Origin: Lama glama
Taxonomy: Eukaryota
Reading direction: 5' to 3'
Assembly: GCA_028534125.1 (NCBI GenBank)
Contig: CM052817.1
Coordinates: 70,434,001 to 70,498,000 of the forward strand
DNA length: 64,000 nucleotides
The notes under the pieces are model-generated. The model did not search any database and had not been told where the DNA came from. It saw only the letters and a list, made by a program, of their open reading frames with translations. The stretch's first letter is position 1. Each line of letters begins with the position of its first letter. Shown piece by piece: positions 25,524 to 38,694 of this stretch. The translations under genes were made by a program, and so were the position numbers.

Positions 25524-26532
25524 TTCTTTGGTTGGTTTTTGTTTTTTTTTAGCTGAAGTATAGCTGATTTACAAAGTTGTGTTTGTTTCTGGTGTACAAC
25601 ATAGTGATTCAGTTATGCATATATATGCATATTCTTTTTCAGATTCTTTTCTATTACAGGTTACTGCAAGATACTGAATATAGTTCTCTGTGCTATACAG
25701 TAGGTCCTTGTTGCTTATCTTTTTTTTTTTTACATTGAAGTATAGTTGATTTACAAAGTTGTGTCAATTTCAGGTATACAGCAAAATGATTCAGTTTTAT
25801 ATATATGTATAAATCTATTCTTTTTCAGATTCTTTTCTATTTCAGGTTATTACAAGATATTGAATATAGTTCCCTGTGCTATACAGCAGGCCCTTGTTGG
25901 TTATCTATTTTATATATGTTAATCCCAAACTTTTTTTTTGACAAAAGGGAATTTATAGCTTTATTTGACTAGGTAATAGTTTTTACAATTGGTGTTAGAT
26001 ACTGGGACCTAACCATCTTTTGGCAATCGGTGTAATCATTGCCATCAAGCAAGTTAGGAAAATGTTTATATTCTTCCTTATGTAGTTGACCTCTTCCTCC
26101 TCTTCTTCTTCTTTTTTTTTGATACTGACAAGTGAAGGTTGTGCTAGACTTAATTTTTTTCTCTAGCTGTTTTTTGGTAGCTCCCTTGGACCTGATCACA
26201 GCTTTTCAAGGCCTTTATGAAAGTTTAAATGGTTTGCCCTTTTACACTTTCTCAGGGAAATGTCATATATTGTAATATTTTGAGAGTGATTGTCTATATG
26301 TAGGTAACACTGTGTTGACCTTAAACAAATAGATTACCAGTTATTTCTCCAGCAAATGTAGGTTTATTTAGGGTCAGCGGAGAATTAAAGTTGGAATCTG
26401 TAACTTTAATTTATCCCTCCCCCGCCTTTCGCCTTTGATAACCATAAGTTTGTTTTCTGTGTCTGAGTCTGTTTCTGCTTTGTAAATAAGTTCATTTGTA
26501 TCATGGCTTTTTTTTTTCTTTTTTTAGAATCT
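25524..26532 (-). mobile_element. Composite L1 3'-end insertion (two tandem L1 3' ends) carrying a nested retrocopy
   Basis: Two copies of tgaagtatag(c/t)tgatttacaaagttgtg...tgtgctatacag; flanking TSD GAGATGTGATAG(C/G)TTTT at 25507-25523 and 26533-26549. Confidence 0.85.
25934..26401 (-). pseudogene. Retrocopy of an unidentified polyadenylated transcript
   Basis: On the - strand: AATAAA (25965-25960), ~20 nt, then poly(A). 6-bp TSD AACTTT at 25928-25933 and 26402-26407. Splits the L1 3'UTR aatcccaaact|ttaatttatccc. Confidence 0.7.
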
Positions 26533-28004
26533 GAGATGTGATAGGTTTTAACATCCCAACAAAGACCTGGGTTTGGAGTTTGAGTCGCAGCCCTGGAAAG
26601 CCAAGCTGAAGCCTCTTAAAAGGCAGCACTACGGTGACTCCAAGACTGCTGTGGATGTGGGAGGTGGTCAGTTGGACCTCTTGGCGCTGATTCTCCTGGC
26701 TATACAGGCTAGAATGCCAAGTGGGAGGGGAATAGATCAGAACAATGTTGCCTATTTTGGGTCTGGAGAGCCCTAAGATTGGCTTGGAAAATGCAGAAAG
26801 TAAGTTGCAAGAACTGATTCATTCACTTGATATGTGTTCAAATTAGATCGTGTTGAGAGATGGGTTGACCTATGTCACCAGGCACACTTGGGGAGGGCAG
26901 TGCCCTCTCCGGATCCTGGCTTCCTCAGCAATGGGGAGGATCAAGTTTGGGCAAAGCTAGTCTTTAAAGTCACAGCTCTAACAGTTTGAGTCCGAGGTGG
27001 ACAACCTACCAAGTAGGCCCCTCAGATTACTTGATCCTGTGGTACTTGATTCAGTCTGAAGATCGCCACAGAGGGGGAATTCCTGGGGATGGATCAAATG
27101 ACATGAATACAAAACATACACAATTTTGTAAAAAAAAAAAAATCATTTTTAAATGGAGCACTGTTCAGGCTCAAGACATGCAGAGGTGACTCTTGTTTTG
27201 TGTCATATTAGTGGAGGGATGACTGTGTTTGGGGAGGTCTCCTGCAGTGATTCTGACGATAACGCACCTTCCCTTTTCAGCAAGCACCTTCTCATCCTTC
27301 AAAGCTCATTTTTCCCTGCAGACTCCCTTGCTCTCTGCTCAGTGTTCCCATAACCCTTTGTCTATTACTGGGCTTGTAACGTTGAGCTGAATTCATCTAT
27401 AAGTCACCATCTCCTTCTCGACTTTGATCTCCTCAAAGGCAAGGACTGGGCCTTATTTATTTATTTTTGCATCCATTACACTGTGCTTGGGACTTTGTAG
27501 CTCTATAAACGTTTGTTGAATGATGAATGATATCTTACTTAAATGTTTATGCTTGGGCTGATACTGAGAGTCAAACTCTAAAAGTAGAACAATCATAATA
27601 CAGGCAGTTTCTTAAGAGTTTAATTAAATTGGAAGAGAAATTATTCACCAGTTGGATTTGGAAACAAAACTAAGAGACAAAAGCCAAGATTGAGACCTGA
27701 TAACCTAGTAGGATATTGAAAAAGGACAAAATCTTATTTGCCTCCGATGATTAGTTGACAGCGATAAGCTTGACAAACTCCTTCTGGTGGAGAGCCAGTC
27801 CTCTCTGAGCATCCCGAGCTTCTGCAAGGAAGACGGCTGTCAGCCCAGGCTGCTGTGGGGCTGGGATGAGGGTCAGTCTGCTGGGAGCTTCCTCAGCCCC
27901 ACCAGCGTACCGGCACATAGGTGGTCTAATCCTCATCAAAGAGGTGCTTTGATGCCAATATTGCAATTTTATTTTCCAAACAACTTATCAATGATGGCAA
28001 GCTG

Positions 28005-29530
28005 ATTTATCTATTTGTTTCATTCATAATTTATTCAGCAAATATTTATATAGAATGCTTATTATTTTCCAGACATTGTTCAAGGCACAGAATAAAACAG
28101 TAAACAAATAGAGGAAAAAAAAAACAGACAAGAAAAATATAGGCTCATGGAGCTTTCACTCTAGTGTGTAGGACAGATAATAAACATATGGGTAGATATG
28201 AGAAATGCTAAGGGAGAATGAAACAGAAAAGGGGACTATTAATTGGGGGGGGCTTATGATTTCTGATAGGACGGTCACTGACGGCCTTACTGAGAAGGCA
28301 ACTCCTGAGGGAGGAAGAAGGAAGTGAGGGAGCCAGCCTTGAGGCAATTTGGGGGGAGAGTAGGAAGAGTAAATACAAAGGTCCTGAGGTCACAGTGGGC
28401 CCAGAGAGTTCCAGGGCTCAGTAAGGAGGCCCAAGTGGCTGGAGTTGAGTGATCAAGGGGGAAAGTAGCAGGAGAGACGAGATGATGAAGACAACATAAA
28501 ATTACATTACATTGGGCAGCAAGGACTTTGCTTTTACTTCAAGTAGAATAGGAGGCCTTTGGAGTGTTTTGAGCAGAAGAATGACTCAACGACAAGTTTT
28601 AACAGGATCAGTTCGGCTGCTGTGATAAGAAAATCTGGCAAAGAGTAGTTGAAGGGAGCGCAGTTGGGAGGGGAGTTGCAATAATACAGGTGAGGGATGA
28701 TAGTAGCTTAGACAAGGCTGGCGCGGTGAGGGTGGGGCTAGAAGTGATATTATGTCGAAGGCAGAAACAAAGGGGGTCTGAGAATGAGCAGCTAGAAAAG
28801 AGGGAAGAAAACTAGGCCAAGGGGAATTCCTGGAAGCTGAGAGAAGAAAGTATTTCAAGGAGGAGAGAGTGATGCACTGGGTCGAGTGCCTTCACTAGGT
28901 TCAGTGAGATGAGGACTGAGAAAGACCGGTAGTTTTAGCAACGAGAAAGTCCCTGTGACCTGGAGAAGAGCAGCGTCAGCAGCGTGCTGGGGCACTGGCG
29001 ATGGAATGGGAGCAGGGAGACCGGATTCGCAGGCATGTGCAATATCTTTAAAGACTTTTACCAAAACAGGGTGGAGAGAAATGAGCGTTAGCTAAAAGGA
29101 CAAGTTGGGTTTGAAGTGTTATTTTAAGATGGGCAAATTGGCAATATACTTATGTGCTGATGAGAATAATTCAAAAGGAAGAGAAAGATGGATGATACAA
29201 ATGTTGGAGAGGAGTTGGTGGTGCAGAGTCCTAGAGTAGGTGAGAGAGGATGCCCTTAGCCAGGAGCGCAGGTGGTTCATCCATCTTAGGAAGCCGGGAG
29301 AAGGCAGAAAGTGTAGTGAAGGGGCGCACTGGAAGTTCTCTTCTGATTTCTCCAATTTCCTCAGCAAATCAGGAAGCAAGATTGTCCACTGGACGAGGAT
29401 GGAGGCAGAGTTGGGGATTTCTGGGGAGAGGAGACAACATGAAACAGCCCTTCACTGGCAAAAGGAGGAACTCTCTACATGTTAGGAAGTTTGTGAAATG
29501 GAACAAGTCAATGGAGAGATTTAAGCATAG
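28005..29530 (-). mobile_element. Long L2 fragment
   Basis: tttcattcat...ttcagcaaatattta; ggactttgcttttac...gttttgagcagaagaatgac; gatgaggactgagaa. Purine-rich on the + strand. Confidence 0.75.
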
Positions 29531-30661
29531 GTAGGATTAACAGTTATCAGTGTCATCCTGAGGGAATTCAAGCATCCAATTGAGATGGTAGTGATGGTTA
29601 AATCTTCCTTTCTCAACTCTTTAATATTTATTCTTTCAGAAACTTTGTCTGGAAGAATCGTTTTCTTAGTATTATACATAAATCCACTGGTGAGGTATCG
29701 AAACATAAGTATTTATACACTTATATAAACACATATATGCACTTATACATATACACTCTAATTTACACAAGACCTTCAGAATTCCATCTCATCAAAACAA
29801 TAAAATGTTTAACAAAACTCAAAAAAAAAAAAGAAAAAGTGAATTTACTACAATCTGAAAAGTTAAAATTAAGAATTCTCATCTAATAGCCTGAGGGAAA
29901 TGTCTGCTACTTTACAAGCATTGGAAGTCTTCAATAATCTTGCAATAATAATTTTCATACACTCTCAGCACTCAAAGAACTGCTGGGAAATTGCCTCATT
30001 AACCTTTATAATACCCTTGTGGGGTCGGCAGGAATTTGATGAGATTTCCATTCTCTATGGTGGGCAAATGGAGACAGGGAGATTTGAAGAAAATTGTAGA
30101 CATAGCTCAAATATAAGTAAATCTTACGTTGAGTCCTGTGAGAGTCATCGGTTTAGGGGCATAAGAATGAATTAAAGTCTATTAATCACCTTAAGATGAA
30201 CCCGTCGTTTCTAACTTGGATCATAGATTTCAAGAATGGAGGGTCACGTTAGAAGAAATGATGAGAGTGAAGGGAAAAAGCAAAGAAAATGGATCGAGCA
30301 CTTCCTATTTGGGTCTTTTAAACTGTCTCCAGTCATAGGTGTTGCAGAAGCAAAGACTCATTAGAGACAGCAAGAAGTAAGAGAATAAAATGAATGCTCT
30401 GAACAAAACCAGGAATTCTGGAGTTGCTAAAATGAGAGGGAGGCATGAGAATGAGGTGAAACAGAAAAATGTTACGTGAGATATATAACAGAAGGAAAAG
30501 GAAAAAGCTCTGAAAATCTCAAGTCTGGGAAAGCTCAGCTGACTCTAGCTCACATGATCTTGAACTGAAGTGTCGAGGGTTGGGGAGGATGGGGGGAGGT
30601 GAAAAGAATTGATAATCTCCTAAAATAGAATTCCTAGTTTGACCCCCCAATGAACTTCTGT

Positions 30662-30840
30662 TAGTAATAAGCAGCTGCTAACATTCATTGAGAATTTACC
30701 ACTTTCTAGGCCCTCTCCTTAGCACTTTACATGTATGAATTTAATTCTCATCACATATCTAGGAGGTGAGTACTACCATTATACTCATTTTGCTGATTAG
30801 CAAATAAGGCTCAGAGATAAGTAACCTGCCCAAAGTCGGT
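30662..30840 (-). mobile_element. MIR
   Basis: gctaacattcattgag...agcactttacatg...aggctcagagataagtaacctgcccaaagtc. Confidence 0.65.
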
Positions 30841-32126
30841 CATTACATGGACCAGCCTAAGAATCCCTTTCAGGAGTTTGTTATCTACCTGCTATGATGA
30901 GCGGCTGCATATTAGGTCCAAAATAAATACCTATTGAATGAATGAATGAATGAACCAGTAAATAAATGATCTGGCAGGGTTCAGTGCCAGGCTGAGACCC
31001 AGGCAATACTCAAAGTACCTAAGGTTCTAAGTGAGGTATTCTGCCCTCTTTTTGATCATTTTTTTCTTTCCTATCTTCCTCTGAGTCTCCCCTTCCAACG
31101 GGACTTCAAATCCCCATTGCTTTCATCCTGTCCCCAACTCCCTGGGTGTTTCTTTCACCCACTGTTTAAGTTGTACAATCCATCAATACTCTGAATCCCC
31201 TTTCTAGTCTCTCCTTGGCTAAAAATCAAGATTGTTGATATTTTAATCCTTAATTCCTGTAGTCAAAATATGTTTACTAGAAGCGATTTTCACTCGGTAG
31301 GAATAAATGTGGAGATCCTGGAAACATGTCTTCAACTAGGTCTTTGCTGGGGATCCTCCTTTAATGGTATTAAAACCACGGGCTCCTATCCTTATACTCT
31401 CAGGATGAGGAAAGCTTTTAATGCATGTCTTCTGAATAGAAAACCTGGAAGATAAGTGTGGAAACGCGGAGCTTCCATAGGTAGGGAACCTGTCAAAATG
31501 ACAGCCAGTATCCATAACACACAGCTCTTTGTTATCTTTTCTTTGCACATCTTGAAAATAATAATTGCAGTGATTTGTTGATTGCCTACTATGGCCCAGT
31601 CATTCTGCCAAGCACTTCATATTTTTTTGATCATATAATGTTCGTGACGACCCTGAGGGATAAGAAAACAGACTCAAGGAATTACCCTGACTCACACAAT
31701 AAATAAGTGGGGAAGCCAGGATCCCAGCTTATTCCCCCTAACTCCAAAACTAGGGCTTTTTGGTACTTCCGGCCTGGACCCCATTTACTGTCTACTGGTG
31801 ATAAAGATGGAAGCAGGCCTGGCCCCAGGCTCCCCATTGCCTCCCTGAGGAGACCTTCACAGTGAATGCTCTTCAGAAAGCAGTGAAAGCTTCACTCATC
31901 TGTTGCAGTAATTACAACATTTATTTTCTGGAAACTCTTCTAAGTCAAGTCCCAGAGGCCCCAGGGAGGGACACACTCCTGTTGCGGATGTCAGGCAGGG
32001 AGCGTTCGCTCTGGCCCCATGGCTACTTCTGGTCTCTGAAGTGACCCTGAGGAAACCACAGGAATGCTTCCCTTCTCAGGCCGCACCACCCTGGGTGCTG
32101 GCGAGGAGAAGAAAACAGACATTTCA

Positions 32127-32253
32127 GGGGTCGGGGTAGAGCTTGTGCTTAGCACGCATGAGATCCTGGGTTCAATTCCCAGTACCTCCATTAACAAAAA
32201 ATAAGAATTAAAAAAATAAAAATAATTAAAAAATTAAAGTAAAATTAAAAACA
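32127..32253 (+). mobile_element. vic-1-like SINE (internally deleted head)
   Basis: CTTAGCACGCATGAGATCCTGGGTTCAATTCCCAGTACCTCCATT plus a long A-rich tail. Confidence 0.85.
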
Positions 32254-32449
32254 AAGAAAGTAGGCATTCCCACACATTCCAGCATCTTCCTAAACTAGAA
32301 TTTTAATCCTTTTTTTGAGAGATTTCTTCTGTTTGTCCTTTCCCTTTTCTCCTCCACCAGACAGGAACTTAATAAGGGTGTGTTGATCTCAAAATGCTCT
32401 TGAGTTGTGACCTCATTTCATAGGGTGAGTTTCAAATCTCCCTCAGGGT

Positions 32450-32562
32450 AAGCCCTGTAAGGACAGGGACCTTGTGTTTCTTGGTCTTGCTGTGTTCCTG
32501 TGCCTACCTCTGTGTCTGGTATACAGTAGAAACTCAATAAATGTTGGCTGAATGAATGAATA
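32450..32562 (+). mobile_element. L2 3' end
   Basis: ggacagggaccttgt...cagtagaaactcaataaatgttggctgaatgaatgaat. Confidence 0.7.
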
Positions 32563-33989
32563 GGTCAAACTCCACTAAATTGAGGAAAAATAGCCAACTA
32601 CCTTAACATGCTGGCCCTAGGGTATTTAGGAATTTTGCAAATATATATTTCCAGACTTTGCAGAAATAGAATGTGTGTAGCAGGAGCGTGGGGAATTTGT
32701 ATTTTTAATAAAAACACTAGATGCTTCTTAAACTAGGTACATTTTGGAAACATGGCCCTGGGGTTTTGAATAATGTGCTTCAATATGAGTCTCAAAGAGT
32801 ACTTTTAACACTGATTTACTGAGCAACTACTACAGAATTTCTGAGTCAGTGCTAAGCATTTGTCTTTTCCCTGCTATGTAACCTGGTTTACATTCCCAGG
32901 CTGTCTTTAGGTTAATTAAGTCTTTCACTTATTTATTCATTCAACAAACACATATTGAAAGTCCATCACAGGTGAGTTGTGTCCAAATATGTTTGATAGA
33001 AAGAAGAAATGTTCACTGAAGTTATATCTTTGGGTCACTGTTCAGCTGTTTTCACTGGCTTTGATAGGAAATTTATGGTGATGGTAGAGAACTGGGGAGG
33101 CCAGGGAGGCAGGAAGAGATGTGGCTTGGCCCTTTGTCAATATTAGGACATAGCTCTGCCCTTGGCAGTGAACAGACTCTGAGGGACTGTTCGGATTCCT
33201 TTACTGGCCACAAATGTGGTTAAGATAAAATATTATGTACTGCTGGGGCTTGGTAATTACTACTTTTTCAATACAGAGATTTGGGGGGCAATGGTATATA
33301 ACTTACAGCGATTTTCTCCTGCTTGTACAGAAAGAGTCACTTAATCTACAAATCTCCTTTGTTCTTGCCACGTTGCCTGCGGTCTTTTCTAGAGATGGAA
33401 TCCTTCTTGCTGGACGGTACTGTTTATTAAGCTGAGGTGAAACGCCAGCTGGAGTTGCAGGCTTGACCCTCTGCAATTTTATGTGTGTTAACGGATGTTT
33501 TTATTCATGGGTGTCAAAACCAAGTTAAATAGAGTAAGTGTGTGAGCAAGAAAGCACCTTTGTGCTCGGGAGACCTGTCTTTGGAACTGGCAGCCCCTGT
33601 CGTGCTATCTGGGCCACCATGGTGGCTCTGCGGAAGGATACAGCCTCGCCGTCTACTTCCCACCGCGGACTTGCCCTCTGCCTCTAAACCCCCATCTTCA
33701 GGGTTTCTCATCGTAGCTCTGTGACATCAAATAGGAAGAAAGGCTAACAAACAAGCCCCAAAGACATAGGAAGGGTATCCCTTAATATTTTTGACCCTTC
33801 TCTCACAGTCATCTTAATTATTACTCACTCAATTAATAATTATTTCTCAATTATTATTACTCAGTTATTACTATAGTTCCAAGTCTGTCCTTCCTTCTTC
33901 CCTCCCAACCTCTCTCTCCCCCTCTCTCTAGTAAATTTTTCTTCAGCATCTATGTTGGGAGCGCTGTGCTAGGGGAAACAGTATAGTTG

Positions 33990-34166
33990 GGACACTTCTC
34001 AAAAGTGTTCTGTGAACCACGTTCATCAGACTAACCTGGGGAGCTTGGGAGAAAGACTTGAGCCATCTAATCCTGTTTAATTCCATCGCTGTGTGATAGG
34101 GCCAGGGAAGGCGTTGTTAGCAGCGCCCCTGGTGGCCCTGATGCACACGAAAGTCAGGACGACTGG
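33990..34166. mobile_element. MER5-like hAT-Charlie MITE
   Basis: cttctcaaaagtg...catcagactaacctggggagctt...ctgatgcacacgaaagt. Confidence 0.5.
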
Positions 34167-34452
34167 TGTTCAGGAAAGACACAAACGCTACAGCTTAGGG
34201 GTTGTTTGTCCTTAGTGGAGTTACTTCACCTGACTTGTTAGCTTCCTTGCCTAGAAAAACTTCAGGGTCACGGTGAGGAACAGAGATAACAAATGTAAAG
34301 TACAGTTCCTGGCACACAGCAGGTGCTGAATAGATGGTCGTTCCTTACAAGGTGCTTTGGAGAATAAGAAGATCAGTCTACATAATTCTCATCACCTTGG
34401 TCTTTTCCTAAAGCCTGCCCAGTTTCCTACCGACAATGTTTCTCCTCTACGT

Positions 34453-34615
34453 CCGTGGTTCTCAGCCTTGGCCGCTCATTAGAACCACCTGGGATGCTGG
34501 GACATTTTAAAAACCATGATGCCAAGGCCCTGAACCGATTCCATCAGAATCTCTTGGGGGTAGGACCAGGGCGTCATGATTTTTTAAATTCCCCAGGTGA
34601 TTCCATTGTGCACCT
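34453..34615. mobile_element. MER5A-like hAT-Charlie MITE
   Basis: gtggttctcagccttggc...cattagaaccacctggg...atcagaatctct...ccccaggtgattcca. Confidence 0.7.
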
Positions 34616-35834
34616 GGCCTACATCCCCTTCATCCCCTACCCTTTCCTTGTGTCCAGTAGCTCTCTTGAGCCCTCTAGTTCTTTTTTGGACAATAGCTCA
34701 TGGTTATGTCATGCCACCTCTAGCAATTGAGAGGAATTGTGCTTTTCTGGTTGTTTTGAAAAGGGTCAGGTTCTGGTGCCTATCATGTTTTTGTAAAAAT
34801 GGGCACCATATGCTAAGACTGGGATTAGGGTCACACGATAGTGCTGGTGAGACCTGTTATTGAGCAGCCTTCAAAGAGCACGGGTGCAGGAGCCTGAAGG
34901 GAAGCTATGAGAAGAGTGGCTGTAACAGGGACAGACACTGAGGGAAGCTAGGAGGCTCTGCTGGAAGGATTGGCAATGAAAATTCACTAAGTTTCACTGT
35001 AGAAAAAGGGAGGACTTTTCCTTTTAAACCCCCTTTCCACATTCAAACTACTTTAAGACAAAAACCAGCCAATCAACCAACTAATCAACCAGTATGGGTA
35101 AGAATGAAAAGGATTAACAGGACATTTCAGCGACTCCAGGACAGGTGTGCAGGGAGCTCCAGGGGGAGCTGGACGGGGACTCAGCAAGCCTCACAGCTCT
35201 TTCTCTTAACCTTGTTTTTCTACTTCTTTCTCTGCCACGTCACACTGCTCTTTCTCTGGTGGACAGATTTCTCTGCTCCTCTGGGCACAGGGCATATGGC
35301 TCCCTCACAGCTCCCAAGTTGATGTGTTAAATTTCTGGCTAAACAAAGAGACTCAACCCACTCTTTGTTCCAATTCCAAATCTTACAGCAGAGGATATTA
35401 TGGATCTCAAGTCAGACACTTTTTTTTGACCACAGGCAATTACTTTCTCTAAGGCGCCAAAGCAGCTAATTTTGTGTGCAGTTGGAAATTTTCTTTCCTT
35501 CAGATGTGGGACAATTTGGCTGCCAAATGCACTTGTGACAAGTGGGGTAACAAGGTGTGTGCTCGTCTTCCTCCATCACCTCATTTTTACTATGATAAAT
35601 TCATACTCAGTGAGCCAGTCGGAGCAGGACACTCATCATGGTTCTTCGTTACTGCTCTGATATGTGGCCACCAGTCAGAGAAATGACACAGTTCGGAGAA
35701 CATAACATATTGTGACGGTCATTCATTGCAGACATGGAAGACGTGGCGTATGAGTCAGTTTGTATGCATGAGGGTGTGTGTTTAGCCACTACTTCAGTCT
35801 GTAACTTGCCGTTACACAAATTTAGATGCACAGC

Positions 35835-36000
35835 CCAGGTATCCACAATTTGCTAGCTGTGAGACATCGGGTGAGTCCCAACTTCTTTAAGACCCTGTTT
35901 ACTAATCTGTAAAATGAGGGCTAAAAACGGTACTTATTATCATGAGAGGATTAAATAAAAGAAGTGTAAGCAAAACGATTGGCAGGTATAGCAATCACTC
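35835..36000 (+). mobile_element. MIR
   Basis: ctagctgtgagac...ctgtttactaatctgtaaaatgagg...gagaggattaaat. Confidence 0.6.
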
Positions 36001-36744
36001 AAAGTACCTTAACCATGATTGTTTTAACTTTTGTTATTAAAGGACTAACCTTGGTGTCTAACTTATAGGAGGTGCAAGGGAAATATATATAATATAAATA
36101 ACATAGGTGCTCTATGGCATTATTTTAAAAGGATCTCAATTTAGAATGAATTATCCCCAAATAAAAAATTTTTCAGATAATAATAAGTTTTCTGAAAAAC
36201 TCCACCACCGCTCACCACCATTTGCAGTCTGGTGGTGCAAAGGCGTAGGGGTCAAAGGCTACAAGCTCCTGCTCTAGAGCCAAGGACAGAGTGAAAGGGG
36301 TGGGGAGAAAGCCCACTGCCAATTGGTGATTCTGCGGAAGGCTGGTTTAGAGATAAGAATTATTGAACCAGCTTTACTTTGCCCTACACCTAAGGTGATG
36401 AAACTGACAGATGTCATGATTTCCAGAAAGAGCAAGTGATAACCTCACTGTCCAGTCAACATTCCTTTTGTACAGGACAGAGAGCAAGTCCAAGGCTGCA
36501 TGCAGGGGACTCCTGAATACATACAGGTGGTTCTCTCATCTCTGGCTGATTTGACTAGAGATTGCCCAGGAGCTGGAAGGAAATTAGCATTTTTTGATGA
36601 TCTACTATGTGCTTAGCACTGTACTATGCGCTGTTTTCAATGCTGTAAGAAGAGATAAATCTGTGATGTAGGTATGAGCTCCATTTTACAATTAACAAAG
36701 ATTAATGTAATAACGAGCAAGAGGCAAAGTTAGAATTTTAAAAA

Positions 36745-37560
36745 TATTTTTATTATGACCTATACTACAAAAAGTAAGTAATCATAAATACACATTTTAA
36801 TAAATAATTATAAGGCAGACACCCATATAAGTACCATCAGGTCAAGAAATAAAACAAAGGCTTCTTATGTATCCCTTCACAATCACGGCCCTTACTTCCC
36901 TCTTAGAGGTAACCACTCCACTGACTTTCGTGGTAGTCAGTTCCTTGATGCATTTTAAATTCATCAATCTCTAAACACTATAGGTTAGTTTTTTCTCAGC
37001 TTTTAACTTTAAATAAATGGAAGCATACTATATGTATGTCAGTTCTCCCCAAATTGATTTGTCAATTCAGCAATCCCAAACAAAATTCCAAAAATTACTT
37101 TAAGAAGCTGATTCTAGAGTGTATACCAAAATACAAAGGGCCAAGAACTGGTGAGGCAGTCTAGAAGAAAAATAATAAGGTAGGAGAACCTGTCCTACCA
37201 GATACGAAAACTTATGACCCATACTGGTTAAGACGGTGCAGTATTGCTCCAGGCATGGACAGACAGAACAATGGGACAGAATGGAGCCTGAAACAGACTC
37301 ACACTCATGTGAATACTTGATATATGACAAGATGACACTGTAGACCACTAGAGGAATTAACTTTTTCAATAAATGTTTCTTGGACAATTGGGTAATCTAT
37401 GTGGGAAAAAACAAACAAACAAACCCATATACAGAAATCAATTCTAATTGGATTAAGTATTCAAATATGAAAGGCTATAAAGCCTTTAGAAAATATATTG
37501 ATGTATTTCTTCATGACTTCAAGGTTGGGAAAGATTTTTTAAGACACAAAAGCAGAAATA
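36745..37560 (-). mobile_element. Old L1M with an inverted segment (antisense 3'UTR ~36745-37037, sense ORF2 ~37040-37560)
   Basis: ggtcaagaaata...agaggtaaccact; then ttctccccaaattgatt...aagctgattctag...ttttcaataaatg...gacaattgg. Confidence 0.65.
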
Positions 37561-37822
37561 GAACTAGATTGGTTGGCCCCAAAGTCCATGCTGTTTTACT
37601 GTAATATGCTTTGGCAGAGGAACAAATATCTCTGTCCTGTGGCATTCCTTGATCCTGCATTTATATTTCTGGAGGAAAAGAGGGAGAGAGAGACTTGATA
37701 AAAAACTTGGAATAGCCTTAGGAATAAGGCTATTCCTTAAAAACAAATGCCATCAACTTTATGCACATGTAACTAACTCCACAAGATAGTATTTCCTGAT
37801 TGAATTGTGTGGACTGAATTTA

Positions 37823-37986
37823 CTAATTTATTTTTATTTTTTTATTTTTAATTTTTTTTGAGGGGGAAGGTAATTAGGGGTTTTTTTCTTAAAAAAATTT
37901 TTTTTTAAATATAGGTACTGGGGATTGAACCCAAGACCTCGTACATGCTAAGCATGTTCTCTACCACTGAGCTATACCCGCTCCAC
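37823..37986 (-). mobile_element. vic-1-like SINE
   Basis: Head and body as in the other copies; TSD TGGACTGAATTTA at 37810-37822 and 37987-37999. Confidence 0.9.
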
Positions 37987-38329
37987 TGGACTGAATTTAA
38001 TTCTGCTCCCCAGCAGCTGAAGCTGGGTGGGGATGAGCACTGGCATGAGGTTCAAAAGGTTCTAGAGCTTGTCTCTGCTGGATACAGGGCCTAGGGTCCC
38101 CTTATTTGAACAATTTGTCTTTGACTAGAGTTCATGGTGGACAATGCTATGCTTGTATAATAATGTACGAGCTGGGACAAATAGGCTGTAGTGGACAGTG
38201 CTGTGCCCTGTCCATGTCCCCTGGGACCTCACCATTCAAGCATGTGTGGAAGGCATCCTCCTGCACGGACTGTGTCTCTGCCTGCAGGCTCACTCTTGGT
38301 CCAAGTATGGGGCCAGCCAGTGGTATTGG

Positions 38330-38694
38330 CAAGTGAATCCTCCAGGAACAGCCATCAGCTAATGCTGCTTGGGAATTGCAAGAGAAATAGACTTTAGCTT
38401 CCTTGTGCATTAGGGTGGGAAAAAAGAACTTTTATATACATTACCCCTATCCTGCTATTCAGTAAGTAGGAAAGTTATTGTTAGTCTACAGTGTTTTCTC
38501 ACTGTCTCCCCAAGTCCCTTGTAGGATTGAGCACCAGGTGTCCAGAGTGATAACCCGCTTCATAACACATACTTGGTTAGCTGCCTTCTGTTCCCTTTCT
38601 TATTTCCCTGTTTCTCTGCTAGGACTCCTTGAGATAAACTATTTGCACAAATGCTTTTATCCATGTCTACTCCTGGGGAAACCAACTTAAGACA
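38330..38694 (+). mobile_element. ERVL LTR (LTR33-like)
   Basis: 3' end ataaactatttgcacaaat...ctactcctggggaaaccaacttaagaca. Confidence 0.55.

Noticed and set aside
34118..34137. CTCF-like CAGCGCCCCTGGTGGCC
   Set aside because: One base short of the consensus spacing and inside a MER5-like element.
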